From the human T2T-CHM13v2.0 reference genome, Homo sapiens: a stretch of DNA of 64,000 nucleotides. The translations under genes were made by a program, and so were the position numbers. Location of the stretch: NCBI RefSeq assembly GCF_009914755.1, contig NC_060931.1, one strand, 5' to 3'. Under the pieces are notes generated by a model. The model saw nothing but the letters and a program-made list of their open reading frames with translations. It did no database searches and was not told the origin of the DNA. Shown here in pieces: positions 39,101-53,640 of the stretch (positions are counted from its first letter, which is position 1; each line of letters starts with the position of its first letter).

Positions 39101-40862
39101 GAAATAGCATGAGTATTGGAACAAAGATTTCTTCAGCAGGTTATTTATCACCTCTGAGCCTTAATTTCCTTCTCTGTAAACTGAAGATAATATCTGCCTC
39201 AAGCATAGTTACGAATATTAAATTAGATAACATAAGTGAAAGTGTTGAAAAGAATTTTTGGTGCACAGTATATGCTCAATAAATATTAGTTTCCTCTGTT
39301 TTTCTGTATATGTATGGCACGTATCACTTCTACCTCCCACTATAAAGCTTATTTTGTGTATCTTTGTGAAGCTGTGAAAGGATCTCAAAGTCAAGATTTA
39401 TCTGAGGATCCATCTCCAAAGCACTTATTAGCACACTGCTCGGGAGGGGTACTGCTCTAAGTGAACGACTCACCCCATCAGACAAGGAACGGTGGAGCAT
39501 GCACAACATGAAATTCTGGGTCTGCTGCTATGTTAATTACACTGTGTGTAATTTATAAATTCACATTGGCCACATTCATTAGACTGGGTTCCTCAAGGGA
39601 AACCTAGTATGTGGCAAGTACCCAGCAAATACTAAATAACAGAAAACTTTAATACATCTCTGTATCTGTTTGGGGACCCTGTTGATCTGAAAGGCTATTG
39701 TATTAGAGGAGAGGAATGTCAACAAGGTTAGATGGGGGAATAGAATGTATTTAATAAGTTTGTTTCACAGGAAATTACATAGAGCTTGTAAAAAGAGGCA
39801 AAATTTGGAGGTGAAAATTGCAGAATGTTTATATTTCTGTGATAGCAAAAGTGAGTTGAGTTCTGCACACAGAGTTTGACCAACTGAAGCCGAGGATACA
39901 GTGGAAGATCAAGTGTGTGTTCAACATTCTTACTGTCCTTACAGTAGAATCTTTGCCTTATGTAATGAATTGGGACAAGAAACGCCACATACGAGTCAAC
40001 AAATAATAACAAAGCCTGAACATGTGTTCTACTAGCCCCACCTTGGAGGACAGTTTGGAGAGGAGTTTGTGAAACAGGCAAACCAGAAGGTCATGAGGAA
40101 AAGGTTTTGAGTGATGTATACAAGAGTTAAAATGAGTCCCTATGCTATAGTTTCTGGGTACTGCAGTTGTTTGCTGATCTACTGACTTGTGCTGATAACA
40201 AAGCATGTGGTCCTAGCTAGAATCCTCCAATCATACAGCAGTGGGGTAGGATCTTTGACAGTCTCTCAATATAGGACTTGGTAGTTCAGAGATTTGTTTG
40301 GAGTTTTAAAACTCCATGTCCCATTTAAAGCAAGGATTATTACCTGAAAGTTCTACAAACAAACTGAAATTGTGCCATATTTTGTGAACATGCACATGCA
40401 CGTTTTTCTACCTTTGGAAAGTTGCTGGGGCTTTGACTGAAACTGGCCAGTGGCAGCTAGGTACAGGAAGCTATCTTGAAAGGAGAGCGTAAGGAAAGGG
40501 TAAGGAAAGCAGTTCACAAATAAGAGCCCTGGCTTCACACGGATGATATGAAACCCTGCTTACTTCCATGAATCCTGCCTCCTTGATACTGACCTGAGTG
40601 TCAGCTGAATGACAATTCTTATGAATCAGCTCTCCCAAAGTATAATATTATTTCTTCATCAACTTAGTATTGTTTGTAGCTAAAGAAATAAATTACTTGT
40701 ATGTGTTAGGGCTAGGTGACTGCAAACTAAACGTCCTTTGCTTTTTAAACTAGTACTATATTAGAAAGTTTAAGGCTTTTCGCATCTTAATTTGCTTATA
40801 TGAAATAGAGATGATAAAATTTACCCTATAGAGTAATTACGTAAAATAGATCATGCATATGA

Positions 40863-41204
<342 letters not shown>

Positions 41205-41348
41205 GAAATGAAATGTACATTCTTAACTCTCCATTGGTTTAGAATGATCAGACACATGAGTAAACTGCCTTCTGGTATAAAATGCAAGATTTCAGAAATT
41301 CAGAAATTCAAATTGTGAAATCCATACAGCTTTCATTTAGCAAAGCAG

Positions 41349-41622
41349 TTTTTTGTTTGTTTAAGAGATGGAGTCTTGCTCTGTTGCCCAGACTGGAGTG
41401 CAGTGGTACGATCATAGCTGACTGCAGCCTTGAATTCCTGGGTTGAAGCAATCCAGGTGTGCACCACCACATCCTGCTAATTAAAAAATATATATACTTT
41501 AAGAGATGGGGGTCTTGTTATGTTGCCCAGGCTGGTCTTGAACTCGTGGCTTCAAGTGAGCCAATCTTTCTGCCCAGCCCCCTGAGGAGCTGGGATTACA
41601 GGCTCAAGTCACTGTGCCTGGT
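41349..41622 (-). mobile_element. Old AluJ-like element with internal deletion
   Basis: 'gatcatagctgactgcagccttgaattcctggg' is J-type sequence. Confidence 0.85.
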
Positions 41623-43639
41623 GCTAACAAAGTGGTTTCTTAAACAATCAGCCCTACTAATAAAAGGCTAAGCTTACATGCATTTATTTTTGGTAATTTT
41701 TCTGTCTTGCTCAGAACACTACTCATAATATATGCATATTTGAAACAAAATTTCTCAGCCACATTTTTCAATATGTTTATTCTTTTATCTAAGATAGGAG
41801 GGGGAAAGAGTGATTTCATACTGTAAAGGATTCTAGTCAGAAGAGAGAAAGCAAAGATCTCCAAAGCTGTGATCACATTCAGCCCCCATTCAGGCCTTAG
41901 AGATGGATCCACCACAAAGGGCTTTCCAGCCACACACATCTTTTCGGCTTGAAGTACAGAAAGAATTCATGAATGAATGGAGAAAGCCAAGAAGAATCAA
42001 CAACTTGGTAAACCAGAAGGCTGGACTGCTGTCTTCCAATCTTCCTTTCTGAGGCAAAGTAAAAATAGCATGGGTTTGTGTTGGCAATCCAAGATATCAA
42101 AGCAGGAGAGATGCTAACAGCTGAGTCACAGCGAGTGACCTGATCAATAAGGAGGATGAATGCAGCCAGAAACCAGAGATGATGTGGCTTGACCCCCAGG
42201 CAGGAGGTGAGCATTGGAAAAGATGTAAGCATCAACGTGATGCCCAGTGTGAGACAGAAGTACTTATAAAGAACTTCCTTCCCCAAACAGCCACTGCCTA
42301 GATAAGGTTCTGGGCGGCTAACTGATGTGGTGTTTATTTGGGGTCATCCTTGTGAGTGGAAAGAACAGACAGTGGTATGGGAGCTGGCGAGCTCAGGGAG
42401 GAAATCTAAGCTTTTCCCGTTAGTTTTATAAAGTTCAGTTTTGTCACCTTTAAAATGGATACAGCAATACCTCTCTCCTAGGGTTGCTGTAAGGATTCAG
42501 TGGAAGGCGGCACCTGGATGACCAGACCAGAACAGGTGTTCCATAAACATGGGAATTTCATCATCCCTACCTCCAATAGGCAGGAGGTTTAATTTAGGTA
42601 ATTCTTTTGGTGTTAACTTTCCTCTCTCGTCATTTCCAGTCATAGCATCTTTGCACGAGCAGGGAGATTAGGGATCATCTAGGTCCAGCTTCTACCCAAG
42701 CCGGTGATAATCCCTGCCACACTCCTGAGATGCAGCCTTTCAGTCACCTGCTGGGACAGATTCTGTGATATGGAGCTTTAATTGTGAAAAATTGTGCCAT
42801 AGTGGTTGAGATATGCCTACCTTATCAGGTTTTATAAACTCAAATAATGTAACAGTGTTTTCCAAAATGTAAAACACTATACAAATGTAACATGAGCAGA
42901 GAGATGAAAATAAATCAGTTTATATTAAGTAGTCTAGTTTTTTAAGACAGTGCTTCCAAGCTCCCCCATTCCTTTTAGCAGTAGAATCCCTTTTCCAATA
43001 GATTTTACTTACATAGTGCCTAAAGTACAAAACCAAGAAGGCAACACTTGTGTGGGCTAAATTGAGGAGGGGGCCTGTGCCCAGCCTTCCCTCTGGTTCC
43101 CCAGTTTCCACCCTCATTCCTCTTACACTGCCTATCAAACACTTGAGCTGCATCCCAGAGCTCCTTAGAGAAATAGCTGGAAACCTCCTGCTCTAAGGAG
43201 ACAGAAAATTCTGACATCAGCCTCACATTTTCCTAGGCAAGGCAGAGACATCACAGAGGAAGGACTGGTTTACAGTGTTATTGGAGTGAAATGGCTCAAT
43301 TTGGGTACAAGTGGTAATTAGCTTAATGAGGGCCAAAGCTGTAATTTCAACCAGCCTGGCTGTAATGTGATTTGAGATACTTTGCAAGAATTTAGGGGCA
43401 GAAAGGAAAATTCAGTGAAATCTGACTGATAGAAGCTGCAGGGTGCAATTTTTTGAGATCTCTGATTAAAACTCAGAAAATGTTTTAGTGCAAATAATAC
43501 TTGGTTGCTTTTAAAATATGAATAACATGATTTAATTTATTAACAGGTAATTATTAATAGTTTCAAATCCTGCTGCTAGGTAGTAGTGTGACCTTGGGCA
43601 ATAGTACTGAATAAGAAATAACTACCTTATTCACAAAAA

Positions 43640-44460
43640 CAGGAATAATATCCTTTTGAGTAGAAAATTATTTCATAAAAAAGATACTTAAATCACTAAC
43701 CACAGATGAAAGTTGCTGGATTTATCTACATTAAATTGTAAGGATTTTTATTCAAAAAAGAAATTATTGATAAATAGTCAAATTATAAACGAAGTAAATT
43801 ATTATAACCTCTGAAACTGACAAGGGCTTAACACCTAGAATATTAGAAAAATAGAGAATTGGATAAAGGATATAAAAATGCAATTTGCAGAAGGAAAAAT
43901 CCAAATGGGTAAAAAGTATGTGAAAAGATGCTCAAACTGACTAGTAATCCAGGAGATAAGAATTGAAACAATTAAATGTCACTCTCAGACATCAGAATGA
44001 TGAAAATTCAAAAGGTGGTTCATACCAAATGGGGATGTAAGGAGATGGGAACTCTGATTTGTTTCTATTAAGTAAAACAATCTGAAATTAAAGAGGCATA
44101 CATCACATCTGGACCCCAGGATCCAACTCCTGGACACGTATCCCAGATATAACTCTCACAAAGGTCCCCAAGGGTCACAAATAAGGATGTTAGCTGCAGA
44201 ATTCTTTGTGGTAGCAGGGAGCTGAGTGTCTATCAACTGGGGAAGATATAAACAAAATGGAATAAATGCAGACAATGAAATATTATGCAAATGTGGGAAG
44301 TTTATACAACATAGATATATCTGAAAACATAATACTGAGTGAAAAAATAAGCATTCTTACTTTCTATATAGTCTATATTACAGAGATTTATCATTTATGT
44401 AAATTAAAACAAACACACACAAAAATAATATATAATTTTGTAAAGACATTCATTTTAGTT
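43640..44460 (+). mobile_element. Ancient L1M 3' fragment
   Basis: A-rich; 'tgaaaagatgctcaaactgactagtaatc', 'caactcctgg..tatcccaga' resemble L1M 3' ends. Confidence 0.65.
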
Positions 44461-45365
44461 CTAGCATATTAGGTGGTTCTCTGAGGAGGGAAGGAAATGG
44501 GTGTAGGGAATGGGGGGTGAAGAGGAACAATAACAAAATAAGAGGAGGGTCTTGCATGGCCTTAGGGTGACAATAAGCTATGAACTGAGCAGTATGCATA
44601 ACTCAACTCCATATCTGAGGGCCAATTAATTCTTTAAACATTGTTGAGTTCTTGTACAGATTAAACCAGATCTATAAGTCAAACTTCTGGCAATGTAGGA
44701 GGTGCTCAACACCTATTTGCTCCCCCTGTGGCTCTCAGAAAATGTAAAAGGGATGGGGTTTTCTTTTGCTTCTCTAATAATTTTATAAGTGAAAATATGA
44801 GTCTCAAGAGAATGAGGTAAGAAGAGTAGCACTCAGATATGAGTGTAGAAGGCTAGTTCTCCACCCTGGGTGCATATCACAGTCACCCAGGGGATTCACA
44901 GAAAATTCAGATAATCAGGCCCAATCCACTCGTTCCCTCCCCCAGTGACAATGTGTATCATCATCTCTAAGGGCAGGAGGAATAGGGGCCAGGGCCAGGG
45001 TCCACAGTACATTTTGAAAAGCATTAGCCTTGTGCTGGAGGGTCTGTCTGTCCGCTGTGCTCTCAGCCACTCATGTTCTTTGGATTGTTGCTTTTGAAAC
45101 TTTCAAGGGCTTTTGCTAAATAAAGCGTCACCAAACTGCTCAAAAAGAAATACATTTCAAAATATATGATTAGTGTATACAGTATGGTACCCCATCTGCT
45201 CTTCCAAAATACTTGAGTTTTAGAAAATAATGTGTAGACAGGTCTATAAATTGCTACCTCCCACAAAACAAAGTAGACTCACTTTAAGGGGTAAGGAAAA
45301 ATATTTTTTTTCTTTTGGTTTACCCATAGCAAGAGAGTTAATCTATAAGAGCAAGCAAGCATGCC

Positions 45366-45406
45366 TTCATTCATTCATTCATTCATTCAGTCAGTCAGTC
45401 AGTCAG
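45366..45406. repeat. (TTCA)n(GTCA)n tetranucleotide repeat
   Basis: Seen directly in the sequence. Confidence 0.85.
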
Positions 45407-45749
45407 TTGGCACTTGGGCTAAAATAAAGTACTTTATTCTAGGGATGGTTCAGCTAACTTATAGGAATTTAGCATCCATAATAAATAGAACTTGCACAAA
45501 CGTAGCAACTTTTCTTCTCACAGCTCAATATTCAAGCAAGTAAATATGCACCTTGGGTTGCAAGATCCTAGAAGGCAGAGAATGTAACTCTGTTGAATGT
45601 CACTATGTGCTCCATGTTATCCAGCATTTGGTTAATAGTGACTAGGATAATCGTTCATGTCTATTACATTTCCCACAGCATATAGCATCGTGTGAGTCTC
45701 AGCCTTTTCTAACACTGCTCAGATGCTGGCTGAAGACTTTGGGACTTCA

Positions 45750-45825
45750 GGCTATCCCTGACAAATTCCTGAACCAATCTCTCTGGCAAGTGATTGAGGC
45801 TCAGAATGGCTCAGGAGAAGTAGCA
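45750..45825 (-). ncRNA. MIR1200: MIR1200 precursor; mature miR-1200 CUCCUGAGCCAUUCUGAGCCUC at 45796-45817
   Basis: The reverse complement of the recalled mature sequence (gaggctcagaatggctcaggag) is present exactly. The 76-nt span matches the recalled precursor, and MIR1200 is known to lie in an ELMO1 intron. Confidence 0.9.
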
Positions 45826-46000
45826 TAGTAAACTAGGAAGAATGTGGGCTTTGGGGTCACAGAACTCTGGATTTGAAACCTGGTTCTCTCACTTATGGGC
45901 TAAGTCTCTTCATCTGTAAAATGGGATAATGGCATCAACCTTGCTGGGTTGCTATGATAATTAGATAATGTACACTCAGTGCCTAGAACAGAGTAGGCCT
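45815..46000 (+). mobile_element. MIR-family SINE abutting or overlapping MIR1200
   Basis: 'gggctttggggtca..ggatttgaaacctggttct..catctgtaaaatgggataat..cagtgcctagaaca'. Confidence 0.65.
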
Positions 46001-47268
46001 GGCAACTGTGGAAGGGAGGCTGCTGCCAATCAAAGTGTGTTGCTGCACACTCAGTATCAAGTATCCTAAAAGAAGCTCTGATTCCCCATTGCTCATGAAA
46101 CTCTAGTTTGTATTTCCAAGCTCTGTGATCGATGCTGGGCTCACGGGGAAGAGTTTCTGCAATCCAAAGCTCCCATCAGAATGGGAGCCCTTCCTGAACC
46201 CTATTGCTAATGTGACTGCAAATAAAACAACCTGTCTAATCATTTCCATCTCCCTTCCTCTGATTCATTTAAGGAACGAATCAATGCCTTAATTATGTGA
46301 ACCATTCAGAACTATAATGTGTCACGACTGGGAACGCCCTATGAGATGCCAAAAGCCCCACCCCTTTTGACATCAACAGTGGCCTGGATCAGGGATGCTT
46401 TGGTTCTTTCCTTTGGGCACTCTACTCTGGAATGATGTCCAATCACTTTCTTCTGCAAGGGCCAACCTCACACTTTATCCCTTCAGCCTGGCCACTAAGA
46501 CCCAGCTCTTGCCTCTTCTACTCTGGCTAATATGCCCCTTGGCCAGGCCACCACACAGTCAACTACAGGGCTTATGAACTACCTGAAAAATATTTGCTGA
46601 ATAGAAGTCAATGAGTATGTGAAAATGAATGAATGAGTGAATGAAATAAGTTGCTTCTCATCTCTGAATGAGATTTGGATTAATTGTTTCATTGGACTGT
46701 TGCCCCATGCAAGCAACTATCATCTGGCAGTGCCTCTGGAGGAAGAGGCTGACCTCATATAGCTCTAAATATGAAGTCCAAACATATAGTTTATGTTTCC
46801 TAATTCAGCTGATTTGTGGATATTAAAAACAACTGCCACAATGTCCAAAACTAGATGGTTCTTTAAAGTTAATCACAACATGGTTTTTGGTTTATATTCT
46901 AAAACATAATCTCTCACCCAATACATTAATTTACATATCCACATAATGAAATTCATGCATATATATGTGCACATATTTTAATGAATCTAAATAGATCACT
47001 ATAGTTTTATGCATGAAAGGCTTTTAAAAAAATCTGGCATAAAACATAGCCATATTAAATCCCTCTCCAACATGGTAATTTAAGAACAGAATTTTCCATG
47101 TTGTTTTCTACTGCTGATTTCATTTTCTACTGTTAGACTGACCACCTTGTGTCTCCTGAAATGCCGTCTTGCTTGAAAAGTCCTTCTTAACTCTCCCACA
47201 AGTCACTCTCTTCTCTATGAACCCCAAATCCTTTTTATAGGTCTCCATGAGCAGTGTCAAGGTCTTCA

Positions 47269-47636
47269 TCTATGGTCTGAATGTTTGTGTCTCCCCACCA
47301 AATTCATATGCTGAAATATAGTCCCCAATGCAATAAAATATTAAGAGGTGGAGCCTTTGAAGGGAGAGGATTAGGTCATGAAGATTCTGCTGTAATGAAT
47401 AGGGTTACTGAAGTTATAAAAGAGGTCCAAGGGAGCTTATTAGTCCCTTCCACCATGTGAGGACGCAAGAAGGCATCATCTATGGAGCAGGAAGTGAGCC
47501 TTTGCCAGGCACCACATTTGCTGGTGCCTTGATTTTGGACTTCCCAGCCTCCAGAACTGTGAGCAACAAATTTTTGTTATTTACAAATTACCCCGTCTAA
47601 GGTACGCTGTGACAGTAGCCTGAATGGACCAACACA
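47269..47636 (+). mobile_element. MaLR LTR (MLT1A/MSTD-like)
   Basis: 'ctatggtctgaatgtttgtgtc..ccaccatgtgaggac..ttggacttcccagcctccagaactgtgag'. Confidence 0.85.
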
Positions 47637-48740
47637 ATGTCTTTGAGAAGCAGTGTGGCCCTGTGATCAAGAGCGGGCAGGCCCACTGGACCAAATCTTC
47701 TGCCTTTGGAACCTGGCTCTGCCACTTACTAGCTAGCTGATACAGGCAAGTTATTAAACCTCTCTTGGCCTTAGTTGCTTCAACTGTAAGATGAGGACAA
47801 AAACAGTATCTAAAGTCTTGTGAAAATTATGACACCCATGAGCAGACATTTATGTCCTGGCACCAGAAACACAGCAGCAAACACAATGACAACTCTTATT
47901 ATGTTGATGTTATTATTATTGCTATTATTATGACTACTACTCCTTTCTCACCTAGTTTGTGATTTCCTTGACAGGTGGAAGAGGTTCTCTTTCTTGCACC
48001 TGGCTCAAGAGTCAAGTAAAATTGTGGTTATACTTGTAGGCATTCAATAACTATAATGCATTCTCTAGAACTCCTCGTTTTCCGCACAGAAAAGCTCCCA
48101 AAATGCTCTTCAGTGAAGAAAGTGCTAGGATAGGATTCCTTGCACAAACCTCTCAATTATGGCAGTCTTTTATTTTTCAAGGCTGTATATCTCCTGTGAA
48201 AGTTCTCTGAGGAAGGATCTCACCTGGGGCATTTGCTGGGCTTTAGAGATTGGACAGGGCCCAGGTAAAGTCAAATAATACCTAAGAGTGGTAAGACCCC
48301 GCTGCGTATGCCTGTGTGGCATTGTCAGATCTCTTTTATTTTCTTGTGGAGTTTTCCCTATTCCCCATCAAACTCTTGAAATTCTAAATATTTGCTCCTT
48401 GCTAATTTTGTTTTTTTCTAGTCCCTTATGGAAATGAGGCAAATTTGGGGGAAACAAAGTATGGTATCTGTTTGCAGTAAACCAGTTTAAAGTTCTAATA
48501 AAATCAATAGGTGGTCAGGTGTCTAGTTGTGCAACTGAAGTAATTTAACATAAAGGAGAGGAAGCGGATTGAATGACGCTATTTTTGAAAGCAAACCCAC
48601 AGATTCATTAGCTCTTTTACTAAGACTATATTTTCTCTCAACCTCAAAATTCACAAAAGCTCATGAACTTCTATTTTATTTTATACTCTTAAACACTTTA
48701 TCACTTTTTTCCCTTTTAAAGGCAGATATCACAGACTTGC

Positions 48741-48762
48741 AAAAAAAAAAAAAAAAAAAAAA
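48741..48762. repeat. A22 homopolymer
   Basis: Seen directly in the sequence. Confidence 0.9.
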
Positions 48763-51325
48763 CCAACAGATAATTGAGTTCTTTTATCAGCCTCCTCCAC
48801 CAGACACTTTAAAAGACATTTTATTTATTCTTGGCTTTTGGGAAAATTTCAGCCCACAGATTATTTGTCATTTTTTTATTTTGGCCAGTTTGTCATTATA
48901 ATTAGTTTTATTCTTGGATTGCGGGATCTTTTCTTTCTGAAAATTAAGAAACCTTCCCAAAGATGACTTGACAGAGAAGGGAAAGGAAGGAAAACAAGTA
49001 AGACAAAGAAAAAAAATGAGAAGCTCCATCTTATAAATGAATATGACTTAACAATTAACTTGCTGCTGCCGGGAGGGCATCAAAGGGGCATGGTGGCTGA
49101 GTTCCAGGCAATAGTAAGTGTTCCCATGTGGATGCTACACTCAGCTGCCAGCATCGATCAAGGCCTAAGAACCCCCCTTTCATATTCGTCTTTCATGACA
49201 GCTTTTTAAATAATGGCTGAGTGTTAGCCTAAAACTTCATTCTAATGGCATGCTTCCTATGGAAAGTGTTCAGAGTCTCCCAATGCACCTCCTGTCTTTC
49301 TTAAAGGTGACGATGAGTAGAAATGACCACCAGCAAAGTGGTCATGGAGGATGGGCACACCACTGGTCTCTAGGGATCTCACTGTCACAGCCCAGTCCCT
49401 CGTCTGGAAGGCTGTGTCTAGACTTTCCCACAAGCTGTCACTCCCTCCAGTAGGCTCTCTCAAGTTCCAGTACCTGTCTCCATGGAAGCTCCTTCTGTGG
49501 GCAGTGGAACTATTAGATGGGTTAGCTATCTCACTGGACTGTGAGGTCCTCGGTATTTTTTCTTTTCTAGCATCCCTCAGATGCCAATTAATTAATTAAA
49601 GGAAAGGAGGAAAAAGACCAAATTCACAGGACAGAACACAACCTTATAGAACTAATGGGTTTGTTAGCATAACAATGAGTGAAATTTATCCTGAAATTGG
49701 ACTCACATCTTGAAGCCAAACAGTGTGTGTCAATGTTATATCTCAGGTAGGAGAGTAAAGGTCAAGAGGAAATTCAATTTCAGTTTAAGAAAACAGTTCC
49801 AAGGAAGCTATGACCATTGAAAGCCTACAAGGAAGAAAATAATGATAAAAACCCTTGTATTGGTTGGATCCACAGGATCAGAGGGCTTAGTATGTGGGCT
49901 TAAGATTATCTAGGCCTTCCCCAGAGGAAGAGGCTGGGTGAAGACTATAGAATTTTCTAGGCACTTTCTGGAATTTAGAACTTAGTAACTGATTTTAAAA
50001 AATCTTCTCAAGAATGGCACATCCTGAATTACCTCTTTGGGATAAGGATCATGCCTTAATCCATTCAATTTCATTCAGGGAACTTCTACTTTGTACCATG
50101 TATTGGAAATTCAGAAAGGAACATAAATAATTCCAATAAATTATGAGAACTATAATATACTACAGGTATTGGGCAGAAAAGTAGCACCAAAGAGATGTTT
50201 GAGATAGGTCACGAATGATAAGTAGGAATTTTCCAGGCAGAAGGGAAGAAGAGAGGGACATTCCAGGCAAAGCTGTGGAATAGCCTGGCACATCTAGAAA
50301 ACTGAAAGTGGTTCTATACGTGTGGAACACAAACAGTGAGGAAGCTTGGCTGGAGGAAAAGACGTGATGAGGCAATTATGGGCAATTACAGGAGCCTTGC
50401 ACTCCAGGCCAAGGAGGCTGAACTCATTCTGCAGGAGCCACTAAAGGGTTGTGAACAAGGAGTGCTGAGGTCATGAGAACTGTGTATTAGAACAACTGCT
50501 CTTCTAAATACCACTTGTTTCAACCACACTCCACTTCCAAAGTCTAAATTTAGAACTTATAAAACATTTAGATTTTAGACTGTTGCCCAACTGCTTTGGC
50601 CTTGACTTTATGGTTTAGCTCATCTTTCCTAGGAGAAATGCCTCTTGTTCCTCTTTGGGGGTGCACTGAAACTGGGTGCGAGAGGTTTGCAAGTCCATGG
50701 GTGGGAGGCTGTGCCCACTCAGTATGCATCACCACCAGCCTACATGATATGTAGGTGCTTCCCAGCGAGGGCCCTCCTGCTGGCAGAGCATATCACCTTG
50801 CTCTCATTCTGGAACCCCAAATACTGAAACAGTGTAAAAGAAAACCAGTGCTGTACAAAAAAATAGAATCCCAGAGACCTCAGGAGGAGTACGTCCTCTT
50901 AGCACTGCCTTTAAAAAACACACATAAACAAAGCTAAGTGGAAACACTGAGTAAAAATGTGTTTTCTCCTGCTGAAGCAGCACATTTGGCAAACTTTTAC
51001 TTAAAGGAAATATATTTGGTAAATATAATGCAAATATTTCATGACAAGTACAGTGTGCACTAAACTTATTACGTTATAGGGGGGAGGAAGAGTGTAGAAT
51101 CATTTCATCTGATGGAGGCCATCAGAGAACGGAGGGGAACAGCACCCCCATGGTGGGGGGTGGCACTGGCCAACTGGAAGGCAGGTGGGCACAAGAGAGC
51201 TTGGTGGTCTGGGGGAATAATTGAAAACTGAAGAAAAACTATGCAACAGCTTTGGGAAAGGTTGTGTTTTCTGCCCTCACTTTGCATTCTGTGGAGGAAA
51301 AAAAGCTGATGACTTTGAGGATACA

Positions 51326-51531
51326 GAAGTGATTTCAATTCAGAACAGTTTTACCCACTGTGGGAACACAGGGCAAAGTCTGATCATCTCCAGTGGTGGT
51401 GGGAGTGCTACTGGCATCTAGTGCGCAGAGGCCAGGGATGCTGCTACACGTCGTACAATGCACAGGACAGACCGCCAACCAGGAATTATCCAGCCCAGAA
51501 TGCCCACAGTGCTGTGGCTGAGAAACCTTTG
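51326..51531 (+). mobile_element. MER20 DNA transposon
   Basis: 'gtgctactggcatctagtg..gaggccagggatgctgcta..tacaatgcacaggacag' closely matches MER20. Confidence 0.85.
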
Positions 51532-53454
51532 ACTCCTTGTAAAGTTTCTGCCTGCATCCACCCTTGCATGCACCATTCCACTTCCCAAGGCTGCATCTGA
51601 AGACAACTGCCAGTAGATTTTTAAAAACACTATAATGTCTAAAAATAAAACCATTTTTATACTTCAAGGAACAAACAAAGCGATCATTTTTTCGTGACTC
51701 TCTGAGTGCTTGAACGCTTCCAGAGTCTGGGAAGAGCAGCCCTGCAATCTATACATAGCTCCCAGCCCCTCAGATCCTCCCTGTGCCGTGTCTGGCCTTG
51801 GCCTCTCTGGGCTGGCTGCTGCACAGAAGATAAGACCTTAATTTATGAAAGGATGCTATTCCTGGCAGGTAATGACCAGGTACTTCCAGGAAGGCCTCTC
51901 TTCCTTATGAGCAGAGTCTCTTCTGTCCCATTACTCCTTGGGTCCCTATATTGCCCCCAACCCGTTTCAATTTTCCTGGGGCCCCAGTGCAGGGCCTGAA
52001 AGCCCAGCAACTGTTTGGTCCTTTTCTTTTCACTTTGCCCCGACCCCTCCAATTCTAATTACAAAGACAGGCTGGAAAATGAATTTTTTAACAAGCAATT
52101 TTTAAAAAGGCAAAAGGTCCAAATGCCATTAAGGATCCAGAGCTCAGCCTGGCTATTACCTCTGACAAATCACCTACTCGTAATTTTCTTCCAACAAATG
52201 TCTGTGAGGGCTGCCAGGCTGCAGCAGAAATTTGTTTAATGACAATCTCTGGAAGTTTAAACACTCTGAGCAATGGTGATGGATGTTTCTATCCCCCAGC
52301 ACCACCCCCTTGGCCTCTTTTTCAGTGCAGACCCAGCAGCGACACCCAGGACTGACTACAGATGACTGCCCAGGTCCAGAAGAATCAATCTCGATTTTAC
52401 ATGGGCTCTGTTCCTTCCCATTTCCCTCCAAGTCCCCTTCATCTTCATTCTTCCATCCCCAGAACCCAGCTTGGCTACAACTGCAGGGTAATATTTTTAC
52501 CTTCCTGCCCTCCTTTTCCTGAACGTGTTACATAAGGAAGATCCCAGCTGCCCAAGGCAAAGAGGTGGAGGAAGGGAAGAACCCCAAATTCCAGACTGAG
52601 AGTCCATCCTCATCTCTACTCTGCTTCATAAGTCTCAGGACAATCGCAGATAGTCCCTTTGTTTTGCAGGTGAAGAACCAGGCTTGGGCCTGGAGTGACT
52701 CACTCAAGATCACACATATAGTTAGTGACAAGGGTAGGACCCAGGCCTCACTCAACTCCCATCCCTCTGAAGAATTTGGCTTTGAATTTTTAAACCTAGG
52801 TGGGCATTTTTTTCTTTGTTCTTCAGTATTGCAGCGTTAGGGCAAATTAGTTCTTTGTGCGACCCCCCTAGAGTCCCATGGGAGAAGTGACCCCCCCAAC
52901 TGAGGTTGGAGTCTCAGGTTTTACCTTTTCCAGCTTTGGGATCCACTCAGAATTGTACTTAAACCCATATGACTGAAGTTTCCCCTCCCCTCCTTTTCCC
53001 CTTAGTGTGAGGAGGAAGAGGATAGAAAGAAAATCCAGCTACTTAGTGTCTTACACTAACCCTAAGGGACAATTCATTCACGTGTGCTCTTAATATACGG
53101 AGATGCAAATAACATAAGATCTGATACTCTGATGTTTCCATTTAGTAACTCATTGCTGAAGCTCAGAGGCCTCTTTCAATTCCTATATTGATACTCATGA
53201 TTTATATTTTTCTATATTCCTAATGCAACAGAATCCCATAATTTAGTATGTGTTCTGCTTTTTGCATTAATTTTTTTCCTAATTCCATATGTGTTAGAGA
53301 AAAATTAAAATCCCCGTAACTTATTTTTAAAGCAAACAATAATTAGCCTGATAAGATTAGTTCCTATGGGAATTGTCTCTTGGTGATTAGCACCATTTAA
53401 AAAGATACCCAGCCTTTTAGTTTCAAAAAATATAACAAGACTAACACTTCTAGA

Positions 53455-53640
53455 GAAATTGCCATGCATTAGGAACATTTTAAAATGCTTTATATGGTTT
53501 CATTCATTGAATTGTCTCAACAACCCTAGGAGTAGATAACTATTATTCCCATTTTACAGACAAGAAAACCGAGGCAACTTGCCTGGGGCCACACCAAGAA
53601 CCTAGATTATCTGGCTCCAGATTCCTTAATCACTATGCTA
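53455..53640 (-). mobile_element. MIR SINE
   Basis: 'ctcaacaaccctagg..tattattcccattttacagacaagaaaaccgaggc'. Confidence 0.7.

Noticed and set aside
40338-40365. TTTCAG|GTAATA, another recursive-like site
   Set aside because: The donor is weak, and a competing AG just upstream interrupts the pyrimidine tract.
48731-48762. U22 tract followed by GCAAG as a cryptic acceptor
   Set aside because: AAG acceptors are weak and I found no paired donor.
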